From the NCBI GenBank assembly GCA_014879765.1, contig JACSRL010000495.1, forward strand, positions 1 through 54,711: a stretch of DNA of 54,711 nucleotides, given 5' to 3'. Origin of the DNA: Anaerolinea sp. GTDB taxonomy: Bacteria > Chloroflexota > Anaerolineae > JAAEKA01. Positions 17,067 to 27,891 of this stretch are shown here, piece after piece. Both the position numbers and the translations under genes were made by a program. The notes beneath the pieces were generated by a model. That model ran no database searches and was not told the origin of the DNA. It worked only from the letters and a program-made list of their open reading frames with translations. Position 1 is the stretch's first letter; each line of letters starts with the position of its first letter.

Positions 17067-17975
17067 TCATGCCGCTTTCTTGACGGCGTGTCCGCCGAAC
17101 TGGTTGCGCAGTGCGGCCAGCAGCTTGTCAGAGAAGGGGGCTTCGTCCCGGGAGCGCAGGCGCCGCTGCAAAGCCATGGTGATTACCGGCGCGGCTACGT
17201 CCAGATCCACCGCCTCGAAGACGGTCCAACGCCCCTCGCCCGAATCGGGCACCCAGGCCTTGATATCGGTCAAGTCTTCGTCCTCGGCCAACGCGTTGGC
17301 CGTCAGATCCAGCAGCCAGGAGCGCACCACGCTGCCGGTGCGCCAGATCTCGGCGATCTGGTGCAGGCTGAGATCGAACTCCTTCTTGGCCTTCATGATC
17401 TCGAAACCCTCAGCGTAGGCCTGCATCAAGCCATACTCGATGCCGTTGTGGATCATCTTGACAAAGTGACCGGAGCCGGCCGGTCCGACGCGACCCCAGC
17501 CCTGGTCGGCTGCAGGCGCCAATGTCTCGAGAATGGGCCACAGACGCTCGACAACCTGCTCGTTGCCACCCACCATCATACTATAGCCCTCGGTCAGGCC
17601 CCAGACGCCGCCGCTGGTGCCCACGTCCACAAAGTGCAGCCCGCGGTCTTCCAGGCCAGCCGCGCGGCGCATGGAGTCCTTGTAGTTGCTGTTGCCGCCG
17701 TCGATGATGGTGTCGCCGGGCGCGAAGCGGTCGGCCAGGGCGTTGACCGTCGCCTCGGTGGGGTTGCCGGAGGGTACCATCACCCAGGCGACGCGCGGGG
17801 CGGGCAGCCTGGCCGCTACCTCGTCCAGGGTACGGGCGCCCACAGCGCCGATGGCTTCTGCGGCCTGGATGGCCGTCTCGTTGAGATCATAGGCGACCAC
17901 TTCGTGGCCGCCGCGCAGCAAACGGGTCGCCATGTTGGCGCCCATCTTGCCTAAACCGATCATTGCAATTCTCAT
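17067..17975 (-). CDS. gnd: 6-phosphogluconate dehydrogenase (decarboxylating), short Gnd/YqeC-like form (302 aa)
   Basis: ORF trimmed to ATG 17975. Motifs IAMIGLGKMGANMATRL, IIDGGNSNYKDS, FVDVGTSGGVWG and GSGHFVKMIHNGIEYG. Confidence 0.9.
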   Translation of the reverse strand: MRIAMIGLGKMGANMATRLLRGGHEVVAYDLNETAIQAAEAIGAVGARTLDEVAARLPAPRVAWVMVPSGNPTEATVNALADRFAPGDTIIDGGNSNYKDSMRRAAGLEDRGLHFVDVGTSGGVWGLTEGYSMMVGGNEQVVERLWPILETLAPAADQGWGRVGPAGSGHFVKMIHNGIEYGLMQAYAEGFEIMKAKKEFDLSLHQIAEIWRTGSVVRSWLLDLTANALAEDEDLTDIKAWVPDSGEGRWTVFEAVDLDVAAPVITMALQRRLRSRDEAPFSDKLLAALRNQFGGHAVKKAA

Positions 17976-17979
17976 CTGT

Positions 17980-18321
17980 CTATGAAATCCTTTCGTCTTT
18001 GTAACGTCTGTAGTCTGGGTCGGTGACAACGACCGAGTTGTCGCTGCCGTAGGTATTGTGTACATGTGCATCGGCTTCCCGATCGTTCATCCACTCCTTG
18101 CCATCGGCCAGGTAGCGAAACTGGTACGTGCGGCGCGGCTCCAGATCGATCGTGATGCGCCAGATGCCCGATCCGTTGCGCCCAAAGGGATGCGACTGAA
18201 TGTTCCACTGGTTGAAGTCGCCCACCAAAGTGATGTGGTCGGCCCAGATCGCGTCGGGCAGCGAGAAGGTGATCCGGGCCACCGATTGCCCGTCGACCTC
18301 CAGGAATGTCTTCTGGATCAT
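17980..18321 (-). CDS. stand-alone CBM48/isoamylase N-terminal (early set) domain protein (113 aa)
   Basis: Motifs ITLVGDFNQWN and YQFRYLADGKEWMND, typical of AMPK-beta/glycogen-binding modules. Confidence 0.7.
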   Translation of the reverse strand: MIQKTFLEVDGQSVARITFSLPDAIWADHITLVGDFNQWNIQSHPFGRNGSGIWRITIDLEPRRTYQFRYLADGKEWMNDREADAHVHNTYGSDNSVVVTDPDYRRYKDERIS

Positions 18322-19073
18322 CCCTGATCCTCCTGTATATGCGCCGCCGCCATCAGGGTCTGCGCCAGGGCGGGCAGCGTGGCCGGGTCATCCACGATCC
18401 AGCGCTCGTCCAGCAGTCCGCCGGCGTGCAGCGCCTCGCGGGTGAAGGGCGTGCTGACTGCGATCACGTGCATGCCGGCAGCCAGGGCCGCTTTGACACC
18501 GCTGGGCGAGTCCTCGATCACCAGGCATTCGTCCGGCAGCACGTCCAGCTCCCGTGCGACCAACAAGTAGATCTGCGGATCTGGCTTGCCATGATCCACG
18601 TCATCACGACTGGCCACGAAGTCGAACTCTCGCTGCAGATCCAGAACGGTCAGCACGTGCTGCACCTGCTGGCAGTAGGACATGGTAGCCAGACCTACTT
18701 TGCAGCCAGCCTGTCGCGCCGCGTGCAGCAGGGCAACGGTGTGCGGCCACTGGTTGCGTCGCAGCATAGCGGGGTCAGCCAACAAAGCATCGTAGTGACG
18801 TAGGCGAAGCTGGATGTAAGCCTGCCAGGGGGTGCTGACCCCGAACTCGGCCATGCGGGCTTCAGCCGCGCCGGCCAGCCTGAAGCGCTCAACCAGGGCT
18901 GTGGCCACCTCGTTGCGGGAGAGGCCGACCACATCCTTGAAAGCGGCAATGACCGCATCCTCAGTCACGGCGTCGGGCCGTAGTTCCCGCGCGGCCTGGG
19001 CGTAAGAGATGGCTTTCAGGCGTTCGGTCTGCACCAGGGTGCCGTCCAGGTCGAAAATCATGGCTCTAATCAT
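18318..19073 (-). CDS. HAD-superfamily hydrolase (beta-phosphoglucomutase-like subfamily IA)
   Basis: Motifs MIFDLDGTLVQTE, GLATMS, KPDPQIYL and IEDSPSGVKAALAAGM. The stop overlaps the next start as ATGA. Confidence 0.85.
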   Translation of the reverse strand: MIRAMIFDLDGTLVQTERLKAISYAQAARELRPDAVTEDAVIAAFKDVVGLSRNEVATALVERFRLAGAAEARMAEFGVSTPWQAYIQLRLRHYDALLADPAMLRRNQWPHTVALLHAARQAGCKVGLATMSYCQQVQHVLTVLDLQREFDFVASRDDVDHGKPDPQIYLLVARELDVLPDECLVIEDSPSGVKAALAAGMHVIAVSTPFTREALHAGGLLDERWIVDDPATLPALAQTLMAAAHIQEDQG

Positions 19074-19187
19074 GGCTGTGCGTTGGTGTTTCTACTGGGC
19101 TTCTGGGGCACGCATGGTCTGTTGGCTGCCCGGACTTTCGTTGCCAAGTGCGCATCAGAAGTTCGGGCAGCCAGCGGGTGTGCGGCT

Positions 19188-20711
19188 TTAGGGCACGATG
19201 GGGAAGCCATCGACCTCGTCGTTGTGGAACCAGATGAACTCATTGGAAGCATGCATGGCGCCGGCCGAGTCGAAGCGGTTGTTGGTGACGCTCCACTGGC
19301 TGCCGTCCCATGTCACCTCGGTGGCAAAGACCGGGGCGACGCCATAGGCTCCACCGGCCATGGGCGGCATCGGCATGCCGGGATAGGCGTAGTAGATCGG
19401 CGGATCTTCCTGCTCGAAGGGATCCTTGAGCGCATCGATGGGCGGCGCGGACTGCTGCAGGCCGCTCATGTTCACGGCGCTCTCGAAGAAGTCGGTGAAG
19501 ATCGTCTCCACCTGGTTTTGATCGACGGCATCGCCAGCGAAGAGTTTGAGACTGTTGAGAGCGCCCATGATGATCGCCACGTCGTCGATGGTGTAGCTGT
19601 CCTGTCTGGTGAAGACGCCGTGCGACGGGTCATAGGCCGATTGCAGCCGATCGAAGGCCAGGCCGGCGATCGACAGATAACGCTGCTGTCCGGTGATGCG
19701 GTGAACTTCCAACAGGCCGCGGATGGCGTAGGCCCAATCCGAGGCGCTGAACTCGACCGCGGGCGTCGCGCCGGTCAGGGCAGTCTTGCTCACGATGGCC
19801 AGAGCGTTGCCGTGCCGGTGCAACTGCGCAACGGCCTGGGCTTGCCGACCGGCGTCATGTTGGGCGGCTGCGTACCAGGGCAACGCCTGCAAGGCCAGCG
19901 ACAGTTCCTCGACGCCAGCCGGGCGGTGGGTGCGCAAGGCGCCGAACAGCATGTCCGACGCCGAGCGGAACATGGCAGCCGCGGCCGGATCAGCGTAGCG
20001 ATTGGTCGTGCTGTGCAGCATCGTCGGAGCATCCAGGGCGCTGGCCAGGTCGCTGAGCGCCTCCAGCATAATCCACTGGCCGGCCCAATCCACCGCGCCA
20101 TTGCTGTTGTGGATCAGCCCCTGACCGTCAGTCAGCATCTGCAGGGCGTACTGGGCCTGCATCTTGGCCTCGGCCATGATCACCATGCCGACGAAGCGCC
20201 ACTGGGCACCGAAATCGTCGGTCGGCGTGCCGAAGTGGTCGTCCACGTGGAACTGCTTGGCCCACTCGATCTCCTTGATGATCGTCCAGCCCATGGCTGG
20301 GGTGGTGATAGTCGTGTCGAAGGTGGACGGATCCCAGCGCATGGTGCCGAAATCCCTCATAGTCATGTCGATTGGCTGGATGAAGTGTGGGTCGGCGCTG
20401 GCGAAGATGGTCTTGAGCAGGGCCGCGTTCATCGGCGGCATAGCCGTGTCGCCGTCGTTGGGATCGGCGTCCGCCATCTGGATCATCTGTTGGATCATGG
20501 CCATGTCGGGCATGAAGGTGTCGCCCAAGCCGGCCATCATGGTCAGGCTGCCCATGTTGTAGCGCGAATACCAGTAGCCCTCTTCCTCAGCCGCAGTGGC
20601 ATCGAAGTCAGGATAGCCGCCGATCAGGACCGGGCCCTGAGCGAAAGCCGCCGACGGAATGAGCAGGCTCATGACGATGAGCAGGCTCCAGAAAACAGTG
20701 AGTTTACGCAT
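19188..20711 (-). CDS. secreted protein of unknown function (507 aa)
   Basis: ORF trimmed to ATG 20711, preceded by GGAG. Signal peptide MRKLTVFWSLLIVMSLLIPSAAFAQG. No catalytic motif recognised. Confidence 0.7.
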   Translation of the reverse strand: MRKLTVFWSLLIVMSLLIPSAAFAQGPVLIGGYPDFDATAAEEEGYWYSRYNMGSLTMMAGLGDTFMPDMAMIQQMIQMADADPNDGDTAMPPMNAALLKTIFASADPHFIQPIDMTMRDFGTMRWDPSTFDTTITTPAMGWTIIKEIEWAKQFHVDDHFGTPTDDFGAQWRFVGMVIMAEAKMQAQYALQMLTDGQGLIHNSNGAVDWAGQWIMLEALSDLASALDAPTMLHSTTNRYADPAAAAMFRSASDMLFGALRTHRPAGVEELSLALQALPWYAAAQHDAGRQAQAVAQLHRHGNALAIVSKTALTGATPAVEFSASDWAYAIRGLLEVHRITGQQRYLSIAGLAFDRLQSAYDPSHGVFTRQDSYTIDDVAIIMGALNSLKLFAGDAVDQNQVETIFTDFFESAVNMSGLQQSAPPIDALKDPFEQEDPPIYYAYPGMPMPPMAGGAYGVAPVFATEVTWDGSQWSVTNNRFDSAGAMHASNEFIWFHNDEVDGFPIVP

Positions 20712-20871
20712 AACGAAGGTCTCCATTCCATACAGTGGTTGCGAAGTGTCAGTAGGGCCGCCGTGGCGGGTCTCCAGCCTTGCCACTATCGGTCAGTTTC
20801 ATGAACCAGCGCTGAATATTCTGTGACCGGTCTGTTGCTCCAGACGTGGCGAGGAAAGTAGCTCTTACCTG

Positions 20872-20910
20872 CAAAAGAAGTTGCCAACTCTTCGGAAGAG
20901 TTGGCAACTT
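20872..20910 (-). terminator. rho-independent terminator downstream of higA
   Basis: On the minus strand, AAGTTGCCAACTCTTC..GAAGAGTTGGCAACTT (about 14-16 bp stem around a UUCG/CGAA-type loop) followed by CTTTTG. Confidence 0.6.
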
Positions 20911-20942
20911 TCTGCGGGCTGCACGGTGCTGAAAGGGGAGCT

Positions 20943-21245
20943 TTACGTCGCTACAGCAACCAGTCGAAGCGGTTCGATGCTGCTGTAGGCCGCTTCGTCC
21001 AACCGGCTGAGCTCCCAGTCTTCTTGCAGATTGAGCCAGAACAAGGGGCTTTGTCCGAATAATCTACCCAGCCGCATGGCCATGTCAGGCGTCACGCCTC
21101 GCTTGCCGCGACAGATTTCGCTGATCTTGGATTGCGCCATGTTCAGTCGCTGGGCAACCAGGGATTGGGTGATTGCGTTCTGATCGAGGATTTCCTGCAG
21201 GATTTCCCCGGGATGGACTGCAATGGCTCGTCGTGGTTGATACAT
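20943..21245 (-). CDS. higA: HigA-family antitoxin (XRE HTH)
   Basis: Motifs VHPGEILQEILDQNAITQSLVAQRLNMAQSKISEICRGKRGVTPDMAMRLGRLFGQSPLFWLNLQ. Confidence 0.85.
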   Translation of the reverse strand: MYQPRRAIAVHPGEILQEILDQNAITQSLVAQRLNMAQSKISEICRGKRGVTPDMAMRLGRLFGQSPLFWLNLQEDWELSRLDEAAYSSIEPLRLVAVAT

Positions 21246-21355
21246 GGTGGTAGCCTCCGTTACCTTTGTCCCGGTAGGTATTGCATTGCCATGATCGCAT
21301 CATACCGCTATACGGTACAATCTGAAAATCGATCAGGTGTTTGGCGCTGGAACCA

Positions 21356-23047
21356 TCAACCGGCGCAGCAGGAAAGCTGCGCCACGTCCTTTTCGAAGGT
21401 CTGCGCGGCCAGCTTCAGTCCCTCCACCTGCGTCAGGTAGGGGAAGAGCATCTCGCGCAGGTCGTCGACGGTGAAGCCGTAGCGCAGGCCCATGCGCACG
21501 GCCAGCGCGGCCGTCTGGATGATCTCGCCGCCCTCGGCCGCCAGCACGTGCGCGCCCAACAGCCGGCCCGAGTTGCCGTCGGCCACCAGCTTGATCAGCC
21601 CGCGCGTGTCGCGCGCGGCCAGCGCCCGCGGCACGTAGGCCAGCGGCAGCGTGGTCGCCTTGATCTCGTAGCCGCGCTCGACGGCCTGGGCTTCGGTCAG
21701 CCCCACCGTGGCCACCTGCGGATCGGTGAAGATCACGTCGGGCAGCACGCTCAGGTCAAGGCGCTTGTGGTTGCCCTCCAGCGCGTTGGCCGCGGCGATG
21801 CCGCCGCCGACCGCGGCCACGTAGACCAGCTTGGGATGCTGCGTCACGTCGCCGATGGCGTATATGCGCGGGTTGCTGGTCTGCATGAAGTCGTCCACCA
21901 CGATGAAGCCGTCCTTGTCCAGCGTCACGCCGGCATCATCCAGACCCATGTTTGCCGTGTGCGGGACCCGGCCCACGGCCATCAGCACCTGCTCGGCGCG
22001 AAACTCGCGGCGCTGGCCGTCCACCTCGGCCGTGACCACCTTGTCGTCGCCCTCCTGGCGGATGGCCAGCGGGGTGACGCCGGTGTGGACGATCAATCCT
22101 TCGTCCCGCAGATAGCCGGCCAGGGCCTCGGCGATCTCCGGCTCGTGCTCGGGGATCAGCCGCGGGCTGCGCTGCAAGATCGTCACCTGTGTGCCGAAGC
22201 GGGCAAAGGTCTGCCCCAGTTCCAGAGCGATGGCCCGGCCGCCGATCACAAGGAGGGAACGCGGCTGCTGCGGCAGCGCCATGGCTGAGGTGCTGGTCAG
22301 CACGTCTATCTCCTCGATGCCGTCCAGAGGCAGGATGCGCGGCGCGGCGCCGCTGGCGATGACGACCAGGCCGGCCGTGAGCGTGCGGCCGTCGTCCAGG
22401 GCCACGCTGCCGTCGGGCTGCACGCGTCCCCGGCCCTGGATCAGCGTGATGCGGTCGCCGTAGGAGGCCAGCACGTCCTCATACTTGCCCTGACGCAGCT
22501 CGCCCACCAGGTCGTCCTTCTGGCCGACAACCGCGGGCCAGTCCAGGCCGAGCGCGGCCGTCTGCACGCCGGCGAAGGGGTGATGCCCCGCCCGGTGGTA
22601 GGCCTCTGCGGCCCGGATCAGCGCTTTGGAGGGCACGCAGCCGATGTTGACGCACGTGCCCCCGAGGACGCCGGCCTCGACGATGGCGACCCGCCTTCCC
22701 AGCTCGGCCGCCTTGATGGCCGCGGCCATGCCGCCGCCGCCCGTGCCGATGACTACCAGATCGAAGTCGAAGTCCTCCTTGGCCGCAGCCGGTGGCTCTG
22801 TCGCAGTGCTCGACCGCTGGCGCACGCTGGCATGGTAGCCCGCTTGCTGCACGGCGCTGAGCAACAGCGCCTCGTCCACGCCGGGTTGGGCCGACAAGAT
22901 CGCCTTCTTCGACGTCCAGCCGGGCACCTCCACCTGCACGACGCCCTCGACCCCTTGCAGGGCCTGGGTGACGTGGTGGGCGCAGGTGTCGCAAGTCATG
23001 CCCAGCACGGCTAGTTCAATTTCCTGGGTTGGTTCTTGGTTGCTCAT
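21356..23047 (-). CDS. merA: mercuric reductase with N-terminal HMA (NmerA) domain
   Basis: HMA motif GMTCDTCAHH. Redox centre GGTCVNIGCVPSK. C-terminal vicinal cysteines in QLSCCAG. Confidence 0.95.
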   Translation of the reverse strand: MSNQEPTQEIELAVLGMTCDTCAHHVTQALQGVEGVVQVEVPGWTSKKAILSAQPGVDEALLLSAVQQAGYHASVRQRSSTATEPPAAAKEDFDFDLVVIGTGGGGMAAAIKAAELGRRVAIVEAGVLGGTCVNIGCVPSKALIRAAEAYHRAGHHPFAGVQTAALGLDWPAVVGQKDDLVGELRQGKYEDVLASYGDRITLIQGRGRVQPDGSVALDDGRTLTAGLVVIASGAAPRILPLDGIEEIDVLTSTSAMALPQQPRSLLVIGGRAIALELGQTFARFGTQVTILQRSPRLIPEHEPEIAEALAGYLRDEGLIVHTGVTPLAIRQEGDDKVVTAEVDGQRREFRAEQVLMAVGRVPHTANMGLDDAGVTLDKDGFIVVDDFMQTSNPRIYAIGDVTQHPKLVYVAAVGGGIAAANALEGNHKRLDLSVLPDVIFTDPQVATVGLTEAQAVERGYEIKATTLPLAYVPRALAARDTRGLIKLVADGNSGRLLGAHVLAAEGGEIIQTAALAVRMGLRYGFTVDDLREMLFPYLTQVEGLKLAAQTFEKDVAQLSCCAG

Positions 23048-23472
23048 TGTTCAGTTTCCTTGACAATTGGTTGCTTTTCCAACGATGCGAGAAAGGGACA
23101 CTCGCCTTCAGGTCCGCCCAGCGCGCAGGCGGCGATCAGCTCCGCCAGCGCGCCCTGGATCGCCTGCAGCGAGCGAATCTTCTCGGCCACGTCGGCCATC
23201 TTGCGCTCGGCCCGCTGGCGCACCACATCACAGGAGGTCTCGGCGTCCACGCGCAGCGCCAGCAATTCACCGATCTCTTCCAAAGTGAAGCCCAGGGCCT
23301 GCGCCTGCTTGATGAAACGCAGCCGCGCCACGCTCTGGTCGCCATACAGCCGGTAGCTCGACACTGTGCGCGGCGGCGCAGGCAACAGCCCGCGGCGCTC
23401 GTAATAGCGGACTGTCTCAATATTCACCTCGGCCAATTTGGCGATGCGTCCTATGGTTAGCAGTGATGGCAT
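23044..23472 (-). CDS. merR: MerR-family Hg(II)-responsive transcriptional regulator
   Basis: HTH LTIGRIAKLAEVNIETVRYYERRGLL. Cys triad pattern (ETSCDVV and ACALGGPEGECPF). The stop overlaps the merA start as ATGA. Confidence 0.9.
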   Translation of the reverse strand: MPSLLTIGRIAKLAEVNIETVRYYERRGLLPAPPRTVSSYRLYGDQSVARLRFIKQAQALGFTLEEIGELLALRVDAETSCDVVRQRAERKMADVAEKIRSLQAIQGALAELIAACALGGPEGECPFLASLEKQPIVKETEQ

Positions 23473-23501
23473 TTCCAGGCCTTTCTCGTCATGATGGAAT
23501 C

Positions 23502-23533
23502 AGTATACACCCTGTACTATACTACAGAGTCAA
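23502..23533 (-). promoter_or_regulatory. mer promoter/operator (long-spacer MerR-type)
   Basis: The minus strand reads TTGACT-CTGTAGTATAGTACAGGGTG-TATACT. The -35 and -10 hexamers are separated by 19-20 nt. The spacer contains the 16-bp dyad CTGTAGTA/TAGTACAG (7 of 8 pairs). Confidence 0.7.
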
Positions 23534-23592
23534 GTACCAGTTTCTGTCCTTTTTCGGCAAAACTCGTGGAGTCGGCACGCGGAGCTACAAAT

Positions 23593-23666
23593 CCACGCGC
23601 AGTGAGCACCCCCTGAGGCGACCTGTTTGCGTACAAGCCGCACCTGGGGGTGCTCACTGCGCGTGG
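23593..23666. repeat. perfect 21-bp inverted repeat with 32-nt spacer between tal and the mer promoter
   Basis: CCACGCGCAGTGAGCACCCCC (23593-23613) and GGGGGTGCTCACTGCGCGTGG (23646-23666). Confidence 0.9.
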
Positions 23667-23778
23667 ACCAGTTAGGTTGGACGGGCGGGAGCGACGGACT
23701 CCATTGGCCGCCGCCCCGCCCCTGATAGTCAAGTGTTCACGTACCCCGGGGCCAGTCGCCAAACATACTGCTCACCGA

Positions 23779-24939
23779 TCAGACCGGCACGGCGTCGGCC
23801 CGAGGCTGAAAGACGCCCTGGCTGGCAGAGAGCGCTGGCCTGGCGGCCAGCAGCTTCGCCCGCTTGGCCGCAACGCTGGCCAGCAAGGTCTCAAAGGACT
23901 TAGCGAAGGCCGCCACGCCGTCGTCCAGCAACTGGCCGGCGATGGCATCCAGGTCGATGCCCAGCTCGGCCAGGCGGTCCAGGTCGGCCAGCGCCTCATC
24001 CAGGTCCTGCTCCAGGGTCGCCGCCACACGACCGTGATCCAGGAAGGCGTCGAGCGTGGCCGGCGGCACGGTGTTGACCGTGTCGGGGCCGATCAGGGCA
24101 TCCACGTAGAGAGTGTCGGGATAGGCCGGGTTCTTCGTTCCCGTGCTGGCCCACAGCGGGCGCTGCACACGCGCACCCTGCGCAACCAAGCGCGCCCAGC
24201 GCTGGCCGCCGAACAGCGCCTGGAAGCGGGCGTAAGCGGCTTTGGAGTTCGCAATGGCGATCTTGCCCTGCAACATTCGCTCGCCAAGTCTGTCCAGTTC
24301 GGCATCCACGGCTGTGTCCACGCGGCTGACGAAGAAAGATGCCACCGAGGCCACTCGGCTCAGATCGCCGCCTCTATCAGCCAACCGCTCCAGCCCGGCC
24401 AAATAGGCTTCGGCCACGGTTTCGTACTGCGCGGCTGAGAAGATTAGGGTGACGTTGACGCTGATGCCATCGCCGATCAGGGCGGTGACGGCCGGCAGGC
24501 CCGCGGCCGTGGCCGGCACCTTGATCATCACGTTGGGCCGGCCCAGCGCAGCGTGCAGCCGCCGGGCCTCGCTGATCGTGTTGGCGGTGTCGTGGGCCAG
24601 GGTGGGGCTGACCTCCAGGCTGACGAAGCCGTCGCGCCCAGCGCTCTGGTCGAACAACGGTCGAAGAATGTCGGCGGCCGCCTGGATGTCGGCCAGGGCC
24701 AGGGCCTCGTAGATTTCGTCCACGTCCTTGCCTGCCTCCACCAACGGGCGAAGGGCGGCGTCGTAGTCCGCGCTGCCGGCGATGGCCTTCTCGAAGATCG
24801 AGGGGTTCGAGGTGACGCCCCGTACGCCCTGATCGACCAGGTCCTGCAACTCGCCGTTCTGGATGAAGGCCCGGCGAATGAAGTCGAACCAGATGGACTG
24901 GCCGAGGTCGTGAAGTTGAGCCAAACGTTTGTCTGTCAT
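23779..24939 (-). CDS. tal: transaldolase (long actinobacterial-type form, 386 aa)
   Basis: ORF trimmed to ATG 24939, preceded by GAGAGGA. Motifs [33 protein letters not shown] and FFVSRVD. Confidence 0.9.
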   Translation of the reverse strand: MTDKRLAQLHDLGQSIWFDFIRRAFIQNGELQDLVDQGVRGVTSNPSIFEKAIAGSADYDAALRPLVEAGKDVDEIYEALALADIQAAADILRPLFDQSAGRDGFVSLEVSPTLAHDTANTISEARRLHAALGRPNVMIKVPATAAGLPAVTALIGDGISVNVTLIFSAAQYETVAEAYLAGLERLADRGGDLSRVASVASFFVSRVDTAVDAELDRLGERMLQGKIAIANSKAAYARFQALFGGQRWARLVAQGARVQRPLWASTGTKNPAYPDTLYVDALIGPDTVNTVPPATLDAFLDHGRVAATLEQDLDEALADLDRLAELGIDLDAIAGQLLDDGVAAFAKSFETLLASVAAKRAKLLAARPALSASQGVFQPRADAVPV

Positions 24940-24969
24940 GAGTGTTGTCCTCTCAAATACTCGTATGGA

Positions 24970-25001
24970 GTTGCCCGGCACTTTCCGTAGTGCCGGGCAA
25001 C
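24970..25001. repeat. REP-like hairpin GCCCGGCACT..AGTGCCGGGC in the tkt-tal spacer
   Basis: GTTGCCCGGCACT, loop TTCCGT, then AGTGCCGGGCAAC. The same core recurs at 33661-33697. Confidence 0.8.
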
Positions 25002-25011
25002 TGTCCTGCGC

Positions 25012-27027
<2,016 letters not shown>

Positions 27028-27288
27028 AAAAGTCTCCTTGTCTTGATAGCTTGTCTCGTTCACCCACCTGGACGCGATCCGAGGTTGTGGTCTTACTTGG
27101 CGTTGTCTACACGGTTGAACAGCTGGCGCGTGAGTTGGCGAGGCCCGACGCTGGCCGAGCCTCGCATTTCTCGGTAATTTGTGGTGAGTAGCTACAGAAA
27201 CGCCTGGCTGTGACGTCAGGCTTACCTGTTGGTTGGCTAAGGTGAAGACAGGTGCTCTGGATGATGCTTCCCCCTCTTCTGCCGAGGA

Positions 27289-27876
27289 TCACCCCCGATG
27301 GTGATCGATGCCCCGGTAAGCTTTGATGAAACGCTCGATGCGTTCCTGGTCGAAGGCGTCGAAGGTGTCGATGCGGCCCCAGGCCGTCAGGGCAATGGTG
27401 GAGTCCATGTCGGGATAAGGCGCCAGGATCACTTGTTCGCTGTAGCGCGCAACGATCTCGCTGAGCTGAGCCACCAGATCGTCGCAGCCGTCGGGGCAGT
27501 TGTATTGCACCATGACGCCGCCGTCCTCCAGGTTGTGAAGCTGGAGTTCGTTGGGTACCGGTTCCGTATGGATGCCCCAGCGAGCGATGCTGCCCAGGTG
27601 CGGCCCGGAGGTGGGTGGCGTGGTGTTGTAGACAAACTGGCCCATCTGAGCTTCCGTGATGTGAGCGTTGCCTTGGGTGCGGACAGCCTCGCCGGGCGCG
27701 GGCGTGGCCAACGCCCGAATAACGAAAAAGGCCAGGATCGCAGCCAGAGCAATGCCGGCGGTGGTGTACACCAGCCGCTGACGGCGTTGCTTTTTGCGCC
27801 GCTCCTCCTGCGCGATTGCACGGCGGTTGCCTGTGCTAGACGAAGGTTCTTTGGGCGTTTTAGTTTTGGTTGTCAT
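27289..27876 (-). CDS. DUF3105 domain protein with N-terminal membrane anchor
   Basis: Motifs TPPTSGPHLG and LHNLEDGGVMVQYNCPDGC. One TM helix (VYTTAGIALAAILAFFVI). Confidence 0.75.
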   Translation of the reverse strand: MTTKTKTPKEPSSSTGNRRAIAQEERRKKQRRQRLVYTTAGIALAAILAFFVIRALATPAPGEAVRTQGNAHITEAQMGQFVYNTTPPTSGPHLGSIARWGIHTEPVPNELQLHNLEDGGVMVQYNCPDGCDDLVAQLSEIVARYSEQVILAPYPDMDSTIALTAWGRIDTFDAFDQERIERFIKAYRGIDHHRG

Positions 27877-27891
27877 CAGTGTCCTCTCGAA

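Noticed and set aside
19083-20804. 573-aa plus-strand ORF opposite the secreted 507-aa protein
   Set aside because: The minus-strand ORF has an RBS, a signal peptide and normal amino-acid composition. The plus ORF is an antisense shadow.
23517-23762. 81-aa ORF (and a 70-aa plus ORF) in the tal-merR gap, considered as a possible merP/merT-like small gene
   Set aside because: It has no HMA (GMTCxxC) motif and no TM helices or RBS. The ORF runs through the 21-bp inverted repeat, so the region is treated as non-coding.
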